Positions 63,458-64,000 of a stretch of DNA of 64,000 bases are shown here, one piece after another. The stretch's first letter is position 1; every line of letters starts with the position of its first letter. This stretch comes from Octopus sinensis (Eukaryota): the NCBI RefSeq assembly GCF_006345805.1, contig NC_043003.1:109368001-109432000 (forward strand), written 5' to 3'. Position numbers and translations under genes: made by a program. Below the pieces are notes generated by a model. That model was given only the letters and a program-made list of their open reading frames with translations, did not search any database and was not told the origin of the DNA.

Positions 63458-64000
63458 CGCCGCACGCCTCCGCCACCGCCACCGCCACCGCCACCGCCAC
63501 CACCACCACCACCACCACCACCTCCGCCACCACCACCACCACCGCCGCCACCACCACCACCGCCGCCACCCCACCACCACCGCCACCGCCACCACACCAC
63601 CACCGCGCCGCCACGCCACCGCCGCTCCGCTCGGCCACGCCACCGCCACCGCCACCGCCACCACCACCCACCGCCACCACCGCCACCACCACACCACCCA
63701 CCACCACCACCAACACCACCACCACCACCACCACCGCCACCACCACCGCACCACAATCATACCACCATCACCACCACCACCACCACCACACCACCAACAA
63801 CACCACCACCACCACCACCACCGCCACCACCACCGCCACCACCACCACCGCCACCACCATCACTACCACCATCACCACCACCACCACCACCACCACCACC
63901 AACACCACCACCACCACCACCCCGCCCACCACCACCGCCACCACCACACCGCCACCACCATCACTACCACCATCACCACCACCACCGCCACCACCACCAC
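62235..64000. repeat. GC-rich (CCACCG/ACC/GCC)n low-complexity tract, running off the window
   Basis: Direct inspection; the 3/6-nt period is broken by frequent 1-nt gaps. Confidence 0.95.

Noticed and set aside
62192-63760. 430-513 aa ORFs on the minus strand
   Set aside because: All three frames are open only because the GGT/GGC repeat lacks stop codons; the products are poly-G/V/W/R.

Overview
AT-rich, repeat-saturated eukaryotic genomic DNA. The SINE repertoire, microsatellite load and transposon mix look like an octopus/coleoid cephalopod genome (inference, not a database hit). No intact host gene can be supported, and almost all long ORFs in the track are microsatellite artefacts. The window holds: dozens of copies of 3-4 tRNA-derived SINE families; many short RTE-LINE 3' ends; RTE and R4/Dong-like LINE relics; a nearly complete Tc1 (DD34E, long IR/DR ends); several mariner relics and MITEs; a piggyBac-type MITE nested in a LINE; and a 5S rRNA pseudogene. 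The main discovery is a set of seven type I hammerhead-ribozyme (HHR) folds between 37.4 and 60.9 kb, probably from Penelope-like element termini. Two of them (53095-53198 + and 37472-37577 -) carry an unusual 77-nt branched stem II that aligns without gaps at about 73% identity and shows compensatory base changes. Another has a non-canonical CCGACGA core, and another sits in a perfect 63-bp palindrome. Boundaries of degenerate repeats are approximate.
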